From: a virus
Taxonomy: Duplodnaviria; Caudoviricetes
DNA: 64,000 nt
Reading direction: 5' to 3' (one strand)
IMG/VR virus record: IMGVR_UViG_3300020042_007950
Location: 1-64,000 of that record
Below are positions 38,101-48,200 of this stretch, in pieces. Position numbers and translations under genes: made by a program. The number at the start of each line of letters is the position of its first letter. Position 1 is the stretch's first letter. Under the pieces are notes generated by a model, which saw only the letters and a program-made list of their open reading frames with translations, had not been told where the DNA came from and did no database searches.

Positions 38101-41100
38101 AGTAGGAGTAAAACTTACTGACTGGCAAACTGGGAATGAAGTTACTTGGAAAATACAAGAAGCAACTGTTCCTGTAGCACCTGTTAATCCACAAGACTAC
38201 GAAGAAACTCAGCTATCGACTGGAGCAGTATTAAAACCTGCAGAAGCTGCTCAAATTGCAGCTCAATCTCAAGCTGATGCAACTAATGCTGCTATAGAAA
38301 GAGAAACAGCTATTGCTACATTACTTGCATACAATCTTTTATTGCAGGCTTCTAAGATTCGTCCTACAGCAGAAACTGATACAACTACTCTAGAAGAATC
38401 TAAAGAAAAAATAGCTGTAATAGCTGAAAACTTAATTACTGATACTGAAGAGATCTTAGCTAACGAAGATGCTCTGCAAAAAGAAATGAAAGACATGTCA
38501 AAGACGGCAGGTCTGAGCATGGATGAACTTCGATATCAAGTAGAGTTAATCAAACAAGACCTTCAAGAGCTTGATGAGGTTCTTGCAATGGAAAGAGCTG
38601 TTGCAATCGAAGCTGGCTTTAGCATGAAAGAGTTCAAAGCTGATGCACAAGTTGCACAGTTATTAGAACTTAGAAAAAGGATGAACGAACTTCTTAAAAA
38701 GAAGATCAAAGCTCTTGGAAAAATGAAAGCTGCTGAAAAAGCAGGTCTAAATGCTAAAGAAGAAATTGAGTTAGCTCCTACAGAGCAAGAACAGAATACT
38801 ATTATTGCTGCAGCCAGTGCTAAGATTGATGAGCTACATACCGAAAGGAATAGGCTTATGCAATTATCAAATGAGTATCAGAAAATTATTGACGGTGTTT
38901 ACGAAAATCAAGACGTAGATGCTGCAAAAAATTCTAAATTAGCTACTGATAGAAGAATTGCCGCTAAGAAAGGCCAAATAACAAGACAACGAAATATAAT
39001 AAAAGAAGTCAATGAGCAAAGAGAACTTGAGGAACGTAATAAAAACGGTGACAGTACCGCAGGAACTAGCCCTACTCCTGAAGGGCAAGAGCCTCAAGCA
39101 GCGGATATCGACCCTACAGCAGGACTTACGTCGGAAGGGGTGGATGGCTCCATCACCGATGAAGAAGCCGAAGCTATAAGAAAAGCAAAAGAAGAAGCTT
39201 TACTTGCTGAAGATGTGCTAAGAATGGGTACAGGTGGTCCTGTATTTGAAGCTCCTACTGAAGATCCAGCTGCCCCAAAAGCAATTGTGTCTGGAGAAGC
39301 TAATGATATTCAATTAGCAAAAGGAACCGTTGTTAAAAAGGATGGAAAAGTTTTAGTAGACCTTAATGGCCAGACTAGAACTGAAGCCCCTAAAAAAGAT
39401 ATGCCAGGCTATGACCCAGCTCTACGTGGGCAAATGAGTCAGGAAATTGAAGGATCTACTGTAATAATGTTCCCACATCATTTGACTAGTTCAGAAATAG
39501 TTCCAGTTGGAACTACGTTAGATTTAATTGTACAACCAGATACTACTTGGTTTAAAACCCAGATACCTGCAGATGTAGCCAACGACCCAGAAAAGTTTAA
39601 AGAATGGATGATGACTACTGGTTGGAAAAATGTTCCAATCTATGCAGCTCTTCCTGATGGTACACGTCTTCAACTATTGACTAAACATAACGATAGTAGC
39701 CCAGAAGGATTTAAAGGAAGCAAACGTCGTGAAATTGTACAGCACTTCTTAGATGGATTTACTCCTACTGCAGAAGTTCTAGCTAAGTTCAATGATAGTT
39801 CTGAGATAAGTAACGCTAGAACTAACACAGGAAAAGTGTTCTTCTACCCTGTGACTAAAATCACAAAGCAACCTACTCCAACATTATTCTATGTAGGTAG
39901 TGAGAATGGAGATCTAGTTTGGAAAGTGATGTACGATTCTGAAGAAGGTAATGCAGAAGTTATTGCAACTGGATCTCGTCCATTCCCTCGTGACCCTAAT
40001 GACCCAGAATCTAAAGGAGTTACTCCAGGACAAATTGCTGTATTAGTTGAGTCTCCAGACGGTACTCCTGTAATGGTTATGGCCAGTACAAAGGATATAG
40101 ATACAAGAGGTGCAACAGCTGCTCTTAACCATATCACCAAGGAAATTCCTGAAGCATATAAGTATGCTCAAATAGTAGGTTGCAACTTACTTGAGGTAGA
40201 AGCTCAATCAGAGTCAGATGAAGTGGCAGTAACAGACAAGTCTATTGCAGAAGAACTTAAACGTACTGAAAGCTTATCTAAGTTTATCTCTACATACCAA
40301 TTAGAAGATGGGCAATCAATCTTTATATTCTATTCTAAATCTGCAAACAGCCTTGTAAAAATAAATGCTAGTGAGATGAAGGCAGCATTGAATGGAGGCA
40401 GACCTAGATTTAGTTTTATAGAGTCTGAAGTTAACGACCAAGGCTTTATTAAATTCACTGCTGTTAAAAAAGAAGGTGCAGACTATGCAGCTGCAGAGAA
40501 TAATATTGGCAATGAGTTTAAGGAAGCTACGATGTCTAAAAAATATCAAGTAGATAAATTTAAATTTGGAGTTAACGAAGATTTTACTAGTCCAATTGAT
40601 GGGGTTACTTATAAATACGAAGAGGGAAAGACTCATCCTTACATGCAGTATCTCTCTGACTCTGGTCAATTTGCAGGAGAAGCTAGAACAGAAGGAGTAG
40701 GACATAACTCAATCTTAGCAGTAGATACAGTTCCAAATGCAAACGGATCTGTATTCCATGATGTTAATATGAAGTTCGGCCCAGTAGGAGTTAAGAATGC
40801 TACAGCTGAAAAAGCTGCTGACGTTGCTGCAAACTCTGTAGTAACTACTGCACTCCCTAAAACTTCTTCTACTCCAGCCGCAGCTACAGTTCCAGTAGCT
40901 CCTAGTAATGCAGTTGACATTGAGGCTTTGTTAGCAGAATCTCAAAAGCTTGTAGAAGGTAAAACAGCAGACGAACAATTCTACATCATTGGTGGAGAGT
41001 TGTACAAACGTATGACTAACGTTCTTCCTGATGGGTTTGATGGAGATTCTAGTTTATATGAAAATAGTAGAATTGCTGGTAACACTGTAGATGAGATTGT

Positions 41101-42244
41101 TAAAAAATTCTTTGACGAAGGTGACACTACAAAACCTGAAGGAATCTCTCAAGGAGCATTTAATATGCTTATGACTAAACTGCAAACAATTAAAGCAGAG
41201 TTAGACGCTAAAGGTGGAAGATACATAACTAGAAATCTTGTAGTATATGATAAAGAAAGTAAAGTAGCAGGAGAAATTGACATCTTAGCTGTTGATAAAG
41301 ATGGTAACTACATGATCTATGATGTTAAGACTGGGAAGTTAAAAAGTTGGGAAAGTTATTCTCGATCTTTCGGTCCAGGACAGCTTACTAAAAAAGAAAA
41401 ACATCAATTTCAAGTTTCTGGGTATGCTTATTTATTTAATAAAATGCTTGGACTTAGTGTTAAAAAATTAGGCATTATGCCGTTTGAAATAAATTACGAT
41501 GCAGATGGAAACATTACATCTCTATTTAATAGACCTGGAATTCCTGTATCGTATGCACCAAGAATTGAAAAGATGATTAAAGATGCTGGCCCAGAAGGTC
41601 CGGCACCAGTAGCTCCATCAACTCCAGCACCTACTCCAACTACACCTGCAGCTCCTGCTTCTATTGCACCAGCTCCACCTTCTACTTGGAAAGTAGGGGA
41701 TACTGTAATAATTACAGCAAGTAGTAGCAAAAGAACATCTGAGGCAACTACAAAAATTGTAGGTATAAGATATGATGGAGCTTCTACAAGTTTGGACTAC
41801 AAAAATCCAGCTGGGGGTGTACAAACTATTGATGCTATAGATGAAAATGGAGTTTTTACAGAAGGTAATGATATGAAATATGGCATATTTAGAACTGTTA
41901 GACTTGCTGATAATGCAATACCTGCAACTACAGCACCAGCTCCTGCATCTCCTGTTACACCAACTGTACCTGGGCCACCTGCAGCTACACCAGTAGTAGC
42001 AAGCACTGATGGACTTGTGGCTCCTAAAACAAACTCTGCATTTTTTGGAAGTAAGAAAAATGTTGTAACTTCACAACCTACAACCGGGGGGATGAAAGTA
42101 GTTTCAATGGGAGGGGGAGCAGTAGATATGAGTGCTTTACCAGATGACATGCTAGCTGCAATGGGAAATCAATCCTTAGAGAGCATGATAGCTAATTTAG
42201 ATACCTCTGGAGAGAACATACAAGAAATTTGTAAACCAAAATAA
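35144..42244 (+). CDS. Giant ejected virion protein with N-terminal membrane-type helices and a C-terminal PD-(D/E)XK nuclease domain
   Basis: 2366 aa; Gly-rich hydrophobic segments; GEIDILAVDKDGNYMIYDVKTG...FQVSGY; Pro/Ala/Thr linkers. Confidence 0.75.
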   Translation: MAESDAILNAFTNLSGKPKESFVNKSKPDGDPIKGAFESLSGGTAKLENRAPKYSNYSPLDIAGQAVDLTNVYTDPIGKYAAYNVALNPFNDWNEERAQNQSTTQKWMNGLSKAGLTTLGSVYENTVGVLAGVGSMMSGGSYYDNFVGRQVDEMNQWAQSALPNYYTKAEVNGSLVSNLATANFWADKFAGGLGYTLGSIATMWLGTGELGLSAKLGSLVAKGAQGAKIADAAGDILNVTDDLAKVAGNAAKAGSKEKILYQTIKGVEDAKSAGKGLEALDRYAKIKTATKHLAVGTQMSLAESSVEAREAKNSFIEERKAEWEASNPGQPLPADVEEAIMQSANAVGNTTFAINLPLLTATNLLMFGKAMQGARVGEKTMYDIEKKGLTAGEEWVEKAASSKFGKAYGRAQKTFGPVLKTSAEEGFQEAGQFAGSQFARNYYGEKFNDGTGDMASAMSKALSSTIGTKEGLENILIGALVGGGTGAVSRLMGAEKKLLAQKGLNTTEAIKMLNSGAIKKIIENAEQSAENLAFIKDINDANLDNEREGITKAERRQNDLKAETARMRLIHGVFAKMNGLGAIDYAMEQFDDAASMDEKEFKQAFGYDMNRTLEQQTGKTQMQIIEDTKNKMQSAIKRSEQVHNILSQFNPGTSLVAKLRDSFQTEETKKNKLIQDTVRRTYGQILTHNLLDIDTIDSRIDEQYDKLVQLAPALAKLDPEEIKYQIKVGNVELDSNGNPMFKAAASVNFKDNILKQFNEIYAAKVELDAATADEFKAELLHLRDLGIKRAGISESFKNLSRNPEQMDLYVEAQMAMQEQEQKRAAEDRARQAIEGAETADDLTDAVDPDASPEVKAAALERRAQLEQEEKAKIAQYMSMDLEDMKAIDMDSLDAMSQSALMKAMEAKTKEAQSKGLTPDQLKSEKEFKTVGGESAGLVDLSEMEQTLLDEIMVSPNGTQFNIDGRQYYMESADPVEALILDDAGEVVGVKLTDWQTGNEVTWKIQEATVPVAPVNPQDYEETQLSTGAVLKPAEAAQIAAQSQADATNAAIERETAIATLLAYNLLLQASKIRPTAETDTTTLEESKEKIAVIAENLITDTEEILANEDALQKEMKDMSKTAGLSMDELRYQVELIKQDLQELDEVLAMERAVAIEAGFSMKEFKADAQVAQLLELRKRMNELLKKKIKALGKMKAAEKAGLNAKEEIELAPTEQEQNTIIAAASAKIDELHTERNRLMQLSNEYQKIIDGVYENQDVDAAKNSKLATDRRIAAKKGQITRQRNIIKEVNEQRELEERNKNGDSTAGTSPTPEGQEPQAADIDPTAGLTSEGVDGSITDEEAEAIRKAKEEALLAEDVLRMGTGGPVFEAPTEDPAAPKAIVSGEANDIQLAKGTVVKKDGKVLVDLNGQTRTEAPKKDMPGYDPALRGQMSQEIEGSTVIMFPHHLTSSEIVPVGTTLDLIVQPDTTWFKTQIPADVANDPEKFKEWMMTTGWKNVPIYAALPDGTRLQLLTKHNDSSPEGFKGSKRREIVQHFLDGFTPTAEVLAKFNDSSEISNARTNTGKVFFYPVTKITKQPTPTLFYVGSENGDLVWKVMYDSEEGNAEVIATGSRPFPRDPNDPESKGVTPGQIAVLVESPDGTPVMVMASTKDIDTRGATAALNHITKEIPEAYKYAQIVGCNLLEVEAQSESDEVAVTDKSIAEELKRTESLSKFISTYQLEDGQSIFIFYSKSANSLVKINASEMKAALNGGRPRFSFIESEVNDQGFIKFTAVKKEGADYAAAENNIGNEFKEATMSKKYQVDKFKFGVNEDFTSPIDGVTYKYEEGKTHPYMQYLSDSGQFAGEARTEGVGHNSILAVDTVPNANGSVFHDVNMKFGPVGVKNATAEKAADVAANSVVTTALPKTSSTPAAATVPVAPSNAVDIEALLAESQKLVEGKTADEQFYIIGGELYKRMTNVLPDGFDGDSSLYENSRIAGNTVDEIVKKFFDEGDTTKPEGISQGAFNMLMTKLQTIKAELDAKGGRYITRNLVVYDKESKVAGEIDILAVDKDGNYMIYDVKTGKLKSWESYSRSFGPGQLTKKEKHQFQVSGYAYLFNKMLGLSVKKLGIMPFEINYDADGNITSLFNRPGIPVSYAPRIEKMIKDAGPEGPAPVAPSTPAPTPTTPAAPASIAPAPPSTWKVGDTVIITASSSKRTSEATTKIVGIRYDGASTSLDYKNPAGGVQTIDAIDENGVFTEGNDMKYGIFRTVRLADNAIPATTAPAPASPVTPTVPGPPAATPVVASTDGLVAPKTNSAFFGSKKNVVTSQPTTGGMKVVSMGGGAVDMSALPDDMLAAMGNQSLESMIANLDTSGENIQEICKPK

Positions 42245-42254
42245 ATAATCAACT

Positions 42255-45200
42255 ATGGCTTTTTGCCCCAATATTAATTCAAAAGAATACAAAGATCTTG
42301 CAGCTGTTCAAGGTGATGCTATTGCTCACAAACTATGGGATAAATTCCGTGGTACAGTACCAGGATTTTACTATGGGAATAAAATTAAAGGTTCTGCAAT
42401 AGATACTTTGTTAAGCCCAGACCAAAAGAAAGCTTGGCTTACTTCAAGAGGGATAGAAGCAAATCTTTTTGAAACTATTGAGAAGATTGGGTCAGAAGAA
42501 GTGCATGGGTATGTAGAAAATGCAGTTGTTAATATGTGGACTAACTCTGATATTGGTACAGAATTCCACGAAGCTTACCACTTGACATTTAGAACTATGT
42601 TGTCTGAAAGTCAAAGAGAGCAGCTATATGCAGAAGCTGTTGCAAGATTTGGAGAACCGACTGCAGGAGAGATTCGATACATCAAAAGAACATTCCCAGA
42701 AATCTCTGATGAAGAAGCACGTAAAGCTGCTTTGGAAGAGAAAATGGCTGATGACTTTAAAGACTATGTGCTAACTGAAGGATACACTGAAAAAAGTTTA
42801 CCTGCTAAAATTGCAAAGTTCTTTAGAGATTTGTGGAACTTCTTCAAAGGATTAGTTACAAACAACCTTAGTCTTCGTCAAGCATACTCTTTAATTGAGA
42901 GTGGTAAGATGAATTCTTCTATTCTTGGTAGAGGAGTATTCAGAAACCCAGAGAAATTTAAAGGCCCTAAGAAAGCTTATATGTACCGTCCAGAAATGGG
43001 GGATGCAATGTTTAAAGCATCGTTAGACACTATCTACACAATCTTCATGGATACTAAAAAAGATCTAGGAAGAAAATTTAGTGCACAAGTACAATTAGGT
43101 GTAAATGGAAAGAACGGTGCTATTGTAGATCAGTTTCAAATGCAGATGTACAAAAAGGTTGATGGAACTCAGATAACTGCCGGAGAAGCTAATAGACTCT
43201 TTGAAGCTGAGATGGCAATGGATGCTGCTACCCCGGAAACTCTTGACGATGCAGAAGCAAACATGTGGAATGTACTCGAAGAAGTTGGGGCAGAGTTTAC
43301 AATGGAAGAGAACATCACTCTTCGAAATGTATTTAAAAATGTAGCATCTACATGGAATGATGTATATGATCCTGCTACAGGAAATTCAATCCAGACAGGT
43401 TGGAGAACATTCTTAGAGATTAAACTTCGTGAGGCTGGAATCAAAATTACTAACAAAACTACAGAAACTCCTGAAGGAGAGATAGTAGAGGAAGAAGATA
43501 GAGATGACAGCTTTGATATAGATGCTAACAACGAATTAGACCCAGCAGATTTAGATGCTCTTCAAGAAGAGATGAAGTTGATTGATGAGGGGACAATGAA
43601 AATATACAGTATGACTACTCTACAGGAGTCTCCTTCAAAAAGATTAACGGGAAAGGTTAAGGAATTGCTGAGTACTATCAGAAATATAGAACCAAATCTT
43701 TTAGGGGTACGTTCTTATATGAATAGAGAGGATGTGTACCAAGAGATGTTACGTGTATTTACTGGAAAACAAACTTTTGAGTCTATGCATGCAGCAATAA
43801 AAAAAGCTGCAGAATTAAAACCAGTGTTACAGCCTATAGCAAAATTCATGTCAGAATTGGATGACCGTGACTGTGCTATGCTATACACTGCATTTGCTCT
43901 TGTGAATACTGAATTCATTATGATCAAAGATCGTATTGAAGGTAATAAAAAATTTGCAGATGTAATTAACCCTAATAGAAAGGACGTAGTAGCTGGAACA
44001 ATTGACCGTTGGAAAATTCAACTTATCAGAGACGATAATGAAAATCCTAGAGCCTTATACCAAAGAAAACCGGTAATCGGTCCAGATGGTAAGCCAACCA
44101 TAAATTCTGATGGAAGCCCAGTAACATACTTAGAAGCTGATAAAACAAAAATATTAGCAGCAGCTGCCATTGTCAAAGACTTAGAAAAAGGATTGAATAA
44201 AGCTGATGCAAGAACATTTATTGTTCAAACATCTGATGGCTCTATTAACGAAACTGTAGAAAAAGTAGCAGAGTTGATGTGGGCCTTAGGGATGCACATT
44301 GGGACTGACTCTTCAAATATAGCTGAGACTAAATGGGCATTACAGTCTTTAATAAATATTGGTGTAGGAGTTAAATCCCCTAATGGATTAGTTAGAAACT
44401 ACAATGGAACTGGATTACTTAAATTACTTGCAACAGATTTAACCAAAGTATTAAAACTGTCTGCAAAGTTTACACCTTCTAGACAAAGTACTGTAGAGCA
44501 GCTTGAGACAATTACTCCAACAGCAGACTACATCAGTTTAAACAAAGCATTGATTACGGGTATTGTTAAATATTTTACCCCAATGCTTAATACAATTGGA
44601 GAAAGCTTTGTGAACAGTAAGGGTAAAGCTATGTACCCATCCAACCTTGCATCTAACATGAACGATATTGTTAACACCCTTAGTGACGGAAGTGCTGAGA
44701 GTGTTGAACTGTATAAAGAATACATGTCAGATCCATTCATTAATGGTGGAAACAATACCAAGTTTGCAAGTGTATTATTCAGATATTTAAAGACTCCAGG
44801 ATTCTTAAAAGATTTTAAGGTAGTTGACTTTGATGCTGCTAAGAGTGGTGAAAAGGTTGACGATGCAATGTCTTACGAGGATTTCTCAAAACTTGATAAC
44901 TTAGTTGTAAGGATCAATGCCTTTATCAACAATGACCCAAGATCTGAAACCTGCTTTATTGCTGTACCAGTTCAATCTGACCGTAACAAATATTCTTTTA
45001 TTGAGGTACCAAGAGTCTTAGTAAACCCATATGGTATTGATAACTCTGAGGCAGACTTAATTAAAGCACAGATTGTACAAGATTTACTTCGTGTAGCAGC
45101 TGCTAAGGAGGTTGTACATACTGCAATTACAACAGGAAACTACAGTACACTGTTAGAAGGGGTACACACTGCACCAGGCAATCCTACAAAAGATGGAATT

Positions 45201-48200
45201 GTAAAAGACAGAAAATATTTAGGGACTGCTTTTAATTCAGACTTCTTTCAGTTTACTGCAAAAGACCAAGATGGAGCTGCCATAGTAACCGATGAAGTGC
45301 TTAAAGATGATAACCCTCGTTACAATGGTGTAGAACAACTTAGTGATAAAATCAATGACTACGTAAAAGGAGAATTAACTCCTGCAGAAACTGCTGATAT
45401 AGATGCTCGTCTTACCAAAATGGTTAATAAAATGAGTGACTATTTTACAAGACAGGCCCAGGCAGCGACTACTGCTTTGAAAGATGGAGGTAAAATAGGA
45501 AGCATAGGAGCAGGTTCTTTAAATTTCTCTCAAGAGAAAGGAGCACTTGAAACTACAATGAGAGGTTTTATTATTACAGAAGCTTTAATGAGAAATGAGA
45601 TTGTGAAAATGTTCCGTGGAAGCAGAGCAAATCACAAGAACTTAGAGAACTTCTACAAACGTATGGGGCACTTAACTACTCCTGGTACTCGTTTGGCTTT
45701 GCAAGGAGAGCTGTCAAATAAAAGAACTTTTATTCAAGGAGAACCTTATGGAATGATCAGAGAGTTTAATGAAGTTACAATGAGAGATTTGCATCTTGAC
45801 TTGACTCCTGCACTTACTGCTCAAGGCCACGTAGCTTGTGATAACATTGCTAGAGGACTTATTAACAATGAGCTATCTAAACTAGATCCAAGTGTTAGTA
45901 ACTACAAAGTTACATTTGAATATAATGCAAAAGCTGAAGAAAAAGCCCCAGCTGTAAAAGTATCAGGTAACAATATTACAATTAATGTAGCTAACTCTAA
46001 AGGTAGAGTTTCTTCTGCAAAAATTAATGAAGAAATAGCTGTATTATTACCAACAGCTAAGAGAGTTTTTGAAAAATCATTAGCCATTGCAGATGCATAC
46101 CGTCCTGGAAAATTTGAGTCTACAGATGCGCAAGCTTTTATTAGCATGGAAATGCATAGATACATTTCTATGGGGGAAGGCAAATGGGGGCCAGAAGAAG
46201 AAGAAGCTTACAAAGCATATAAGAAAACTGGTAAGTTTGTATACCAACCAGGATTTGTCCCTAAAGGATATAAAGAAGGAGAAGCTGTCCCTGTTACACC
46301 ACATAAACCATACTATGAGGATGTACACTACGACAAAGAAAATAATATGATAAGTACTACTTCTGAAAAGAATTCGTACACTGTATTATTAAAAGAATAC
46401 ACAAAAGACTTTCCACACCTTGAAGATATACGTCAACGTATGGAACTTGAAGGGCAGTATGCAGGACAAGGTTTACAACCTTTACACGTATTAAATCACG
46501 TATCAGGCAAAAAGGTAGCAAAACGTGGGGTATACCAGCATACTGGAAACATTGGGGAACTCAGCAATATGGTGTTAAATAAAAACAACTCCAAGAAACT
46601 ACGTTTCCCTCAGAACATCGGGGAAATGAAACCGGACCCAAAAGTTATCATCAGCCGCCAGTTGAAAAAGAACATGATTGCTAATGTAAAAGATGAAACT
46701 ATCTACGACTTAAATGCAGGACTAGGGTCTCAAGTCAGCTTGACTGGCTCTGTAATGAAGAGGTTGTACCATGCTGCTATTGAAGAAAAGCTTAGAAGAG
46801 ATACAAATGCAGTAGAAGAAGAATTAGGAATTGACAAACTTAGAGAAGCAACTGCATTAGGGGATATTGACAATCTTAAAAAAGTAAAACTAGAAGTTTT
46901 GCAAAAGGTAAGAGATATTCTATTAAAGCAAATTGATGAAAGTGATCTTCCTTCCAACTACTCTGATGCTATCAAGATTAGCTTTGATGAGACTGGAATG
47001 CCAAGATTCTCTATTCCATTGGACTTACCTATCTACAATAAAAAGTATGAGTCTATTATCATGTCTTTGGTTAACAATAAAGTATTTAACCAAAAGGCCA
47101 AGGGATATGATGCAGTACAGATTGCACAGATAGGTGGACATCGTGTAGACAATGCATTAAACTTTACACAAATCTCTGAAGACGGCCGTCGAGTTATTCA
47201 TGCTGAGATTATGATTCGTGAAGATATTGCTCGTGAGTTTGGAATTGAGCCTGGACAATCACTAGACGATGTACCAGAAGAGCTTCGTAGAATCATAGGT
47301 TACCGTACACCTAACTCAGATAAGTCTGCAACAATCATATTAAAGATTGCCAAGTTTCTACCTGCTAACTATCAAAAGGGAATTGTGGTGCCAGGACAGC
47401 TTATCAAGTTGATGGGATCTGACCATGACGTCGATAAATTAACTTTACTTTTTCCTGAAGTAAAAAAGGTTGAACCGACTGAAGAGTACCCATATAAAAT
47501 TCAAAAGGTACTCCCAAACTACAACATGCTTGCAAACAACGTAGGAGCTTTATCAAACGAAGCTCTTGTAACACCAGAGATGTTAAACAACATCATCTTT
47601 GATACAGTTGAAGCAGTATACTCTAATCCTGCTCACTTCAACGAAGTGTTTGCTCCACTTGATGACACGACTCTCCCTAACCAAGCAGCTGAAATTAGAA
47701 AAGTAAAGCCTGAACTTGGAATGGCAAGTGACTGGAATGCTTGGGATACAGAATCCAATACTATTGTTCGTAGTATCAAGGGTAATAAGCTTCGTGGTAT
47801 TTATGCAAACATGCTATCTGGACGTAACGTAGCTTCTCATGGAAATGTGTCAATAAATAAAAGCCATGCTATTAAAATAATTGATGATGCAGGAAACTTA
47901 ACTGAATACATTAATTATGTAAAAGAAGCACAAGGAATTCCTACAGATAGATCGGCATCTTTATTCTTATCAGCTGCTGTGGATGCATCGAACGTTCCAA
48001 TTCATACTGAGTTAAATGACAATATGCTTACATCTAGAGTACGTGCATTGTTCATGGCATTCTACCCTGAGTACTCTTCTAAGACATGTAGCTACTTCTT
48101 AAACCAGCCTATCATTAGAGAGTTAATAGATGTATTTGAAACAAAGCATGGAGGAGATTTAAGAAAGTTAACTAAGTCTATTGATTTTATTAAAACAAAG

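Noticed and set aside
40860-42000. Pro/Ala/Thr-rich repeats as a tandem repeat or mobile element
   Set aside because: Degenerate at the DNA level and in frame; they are simple interdomain linkers.
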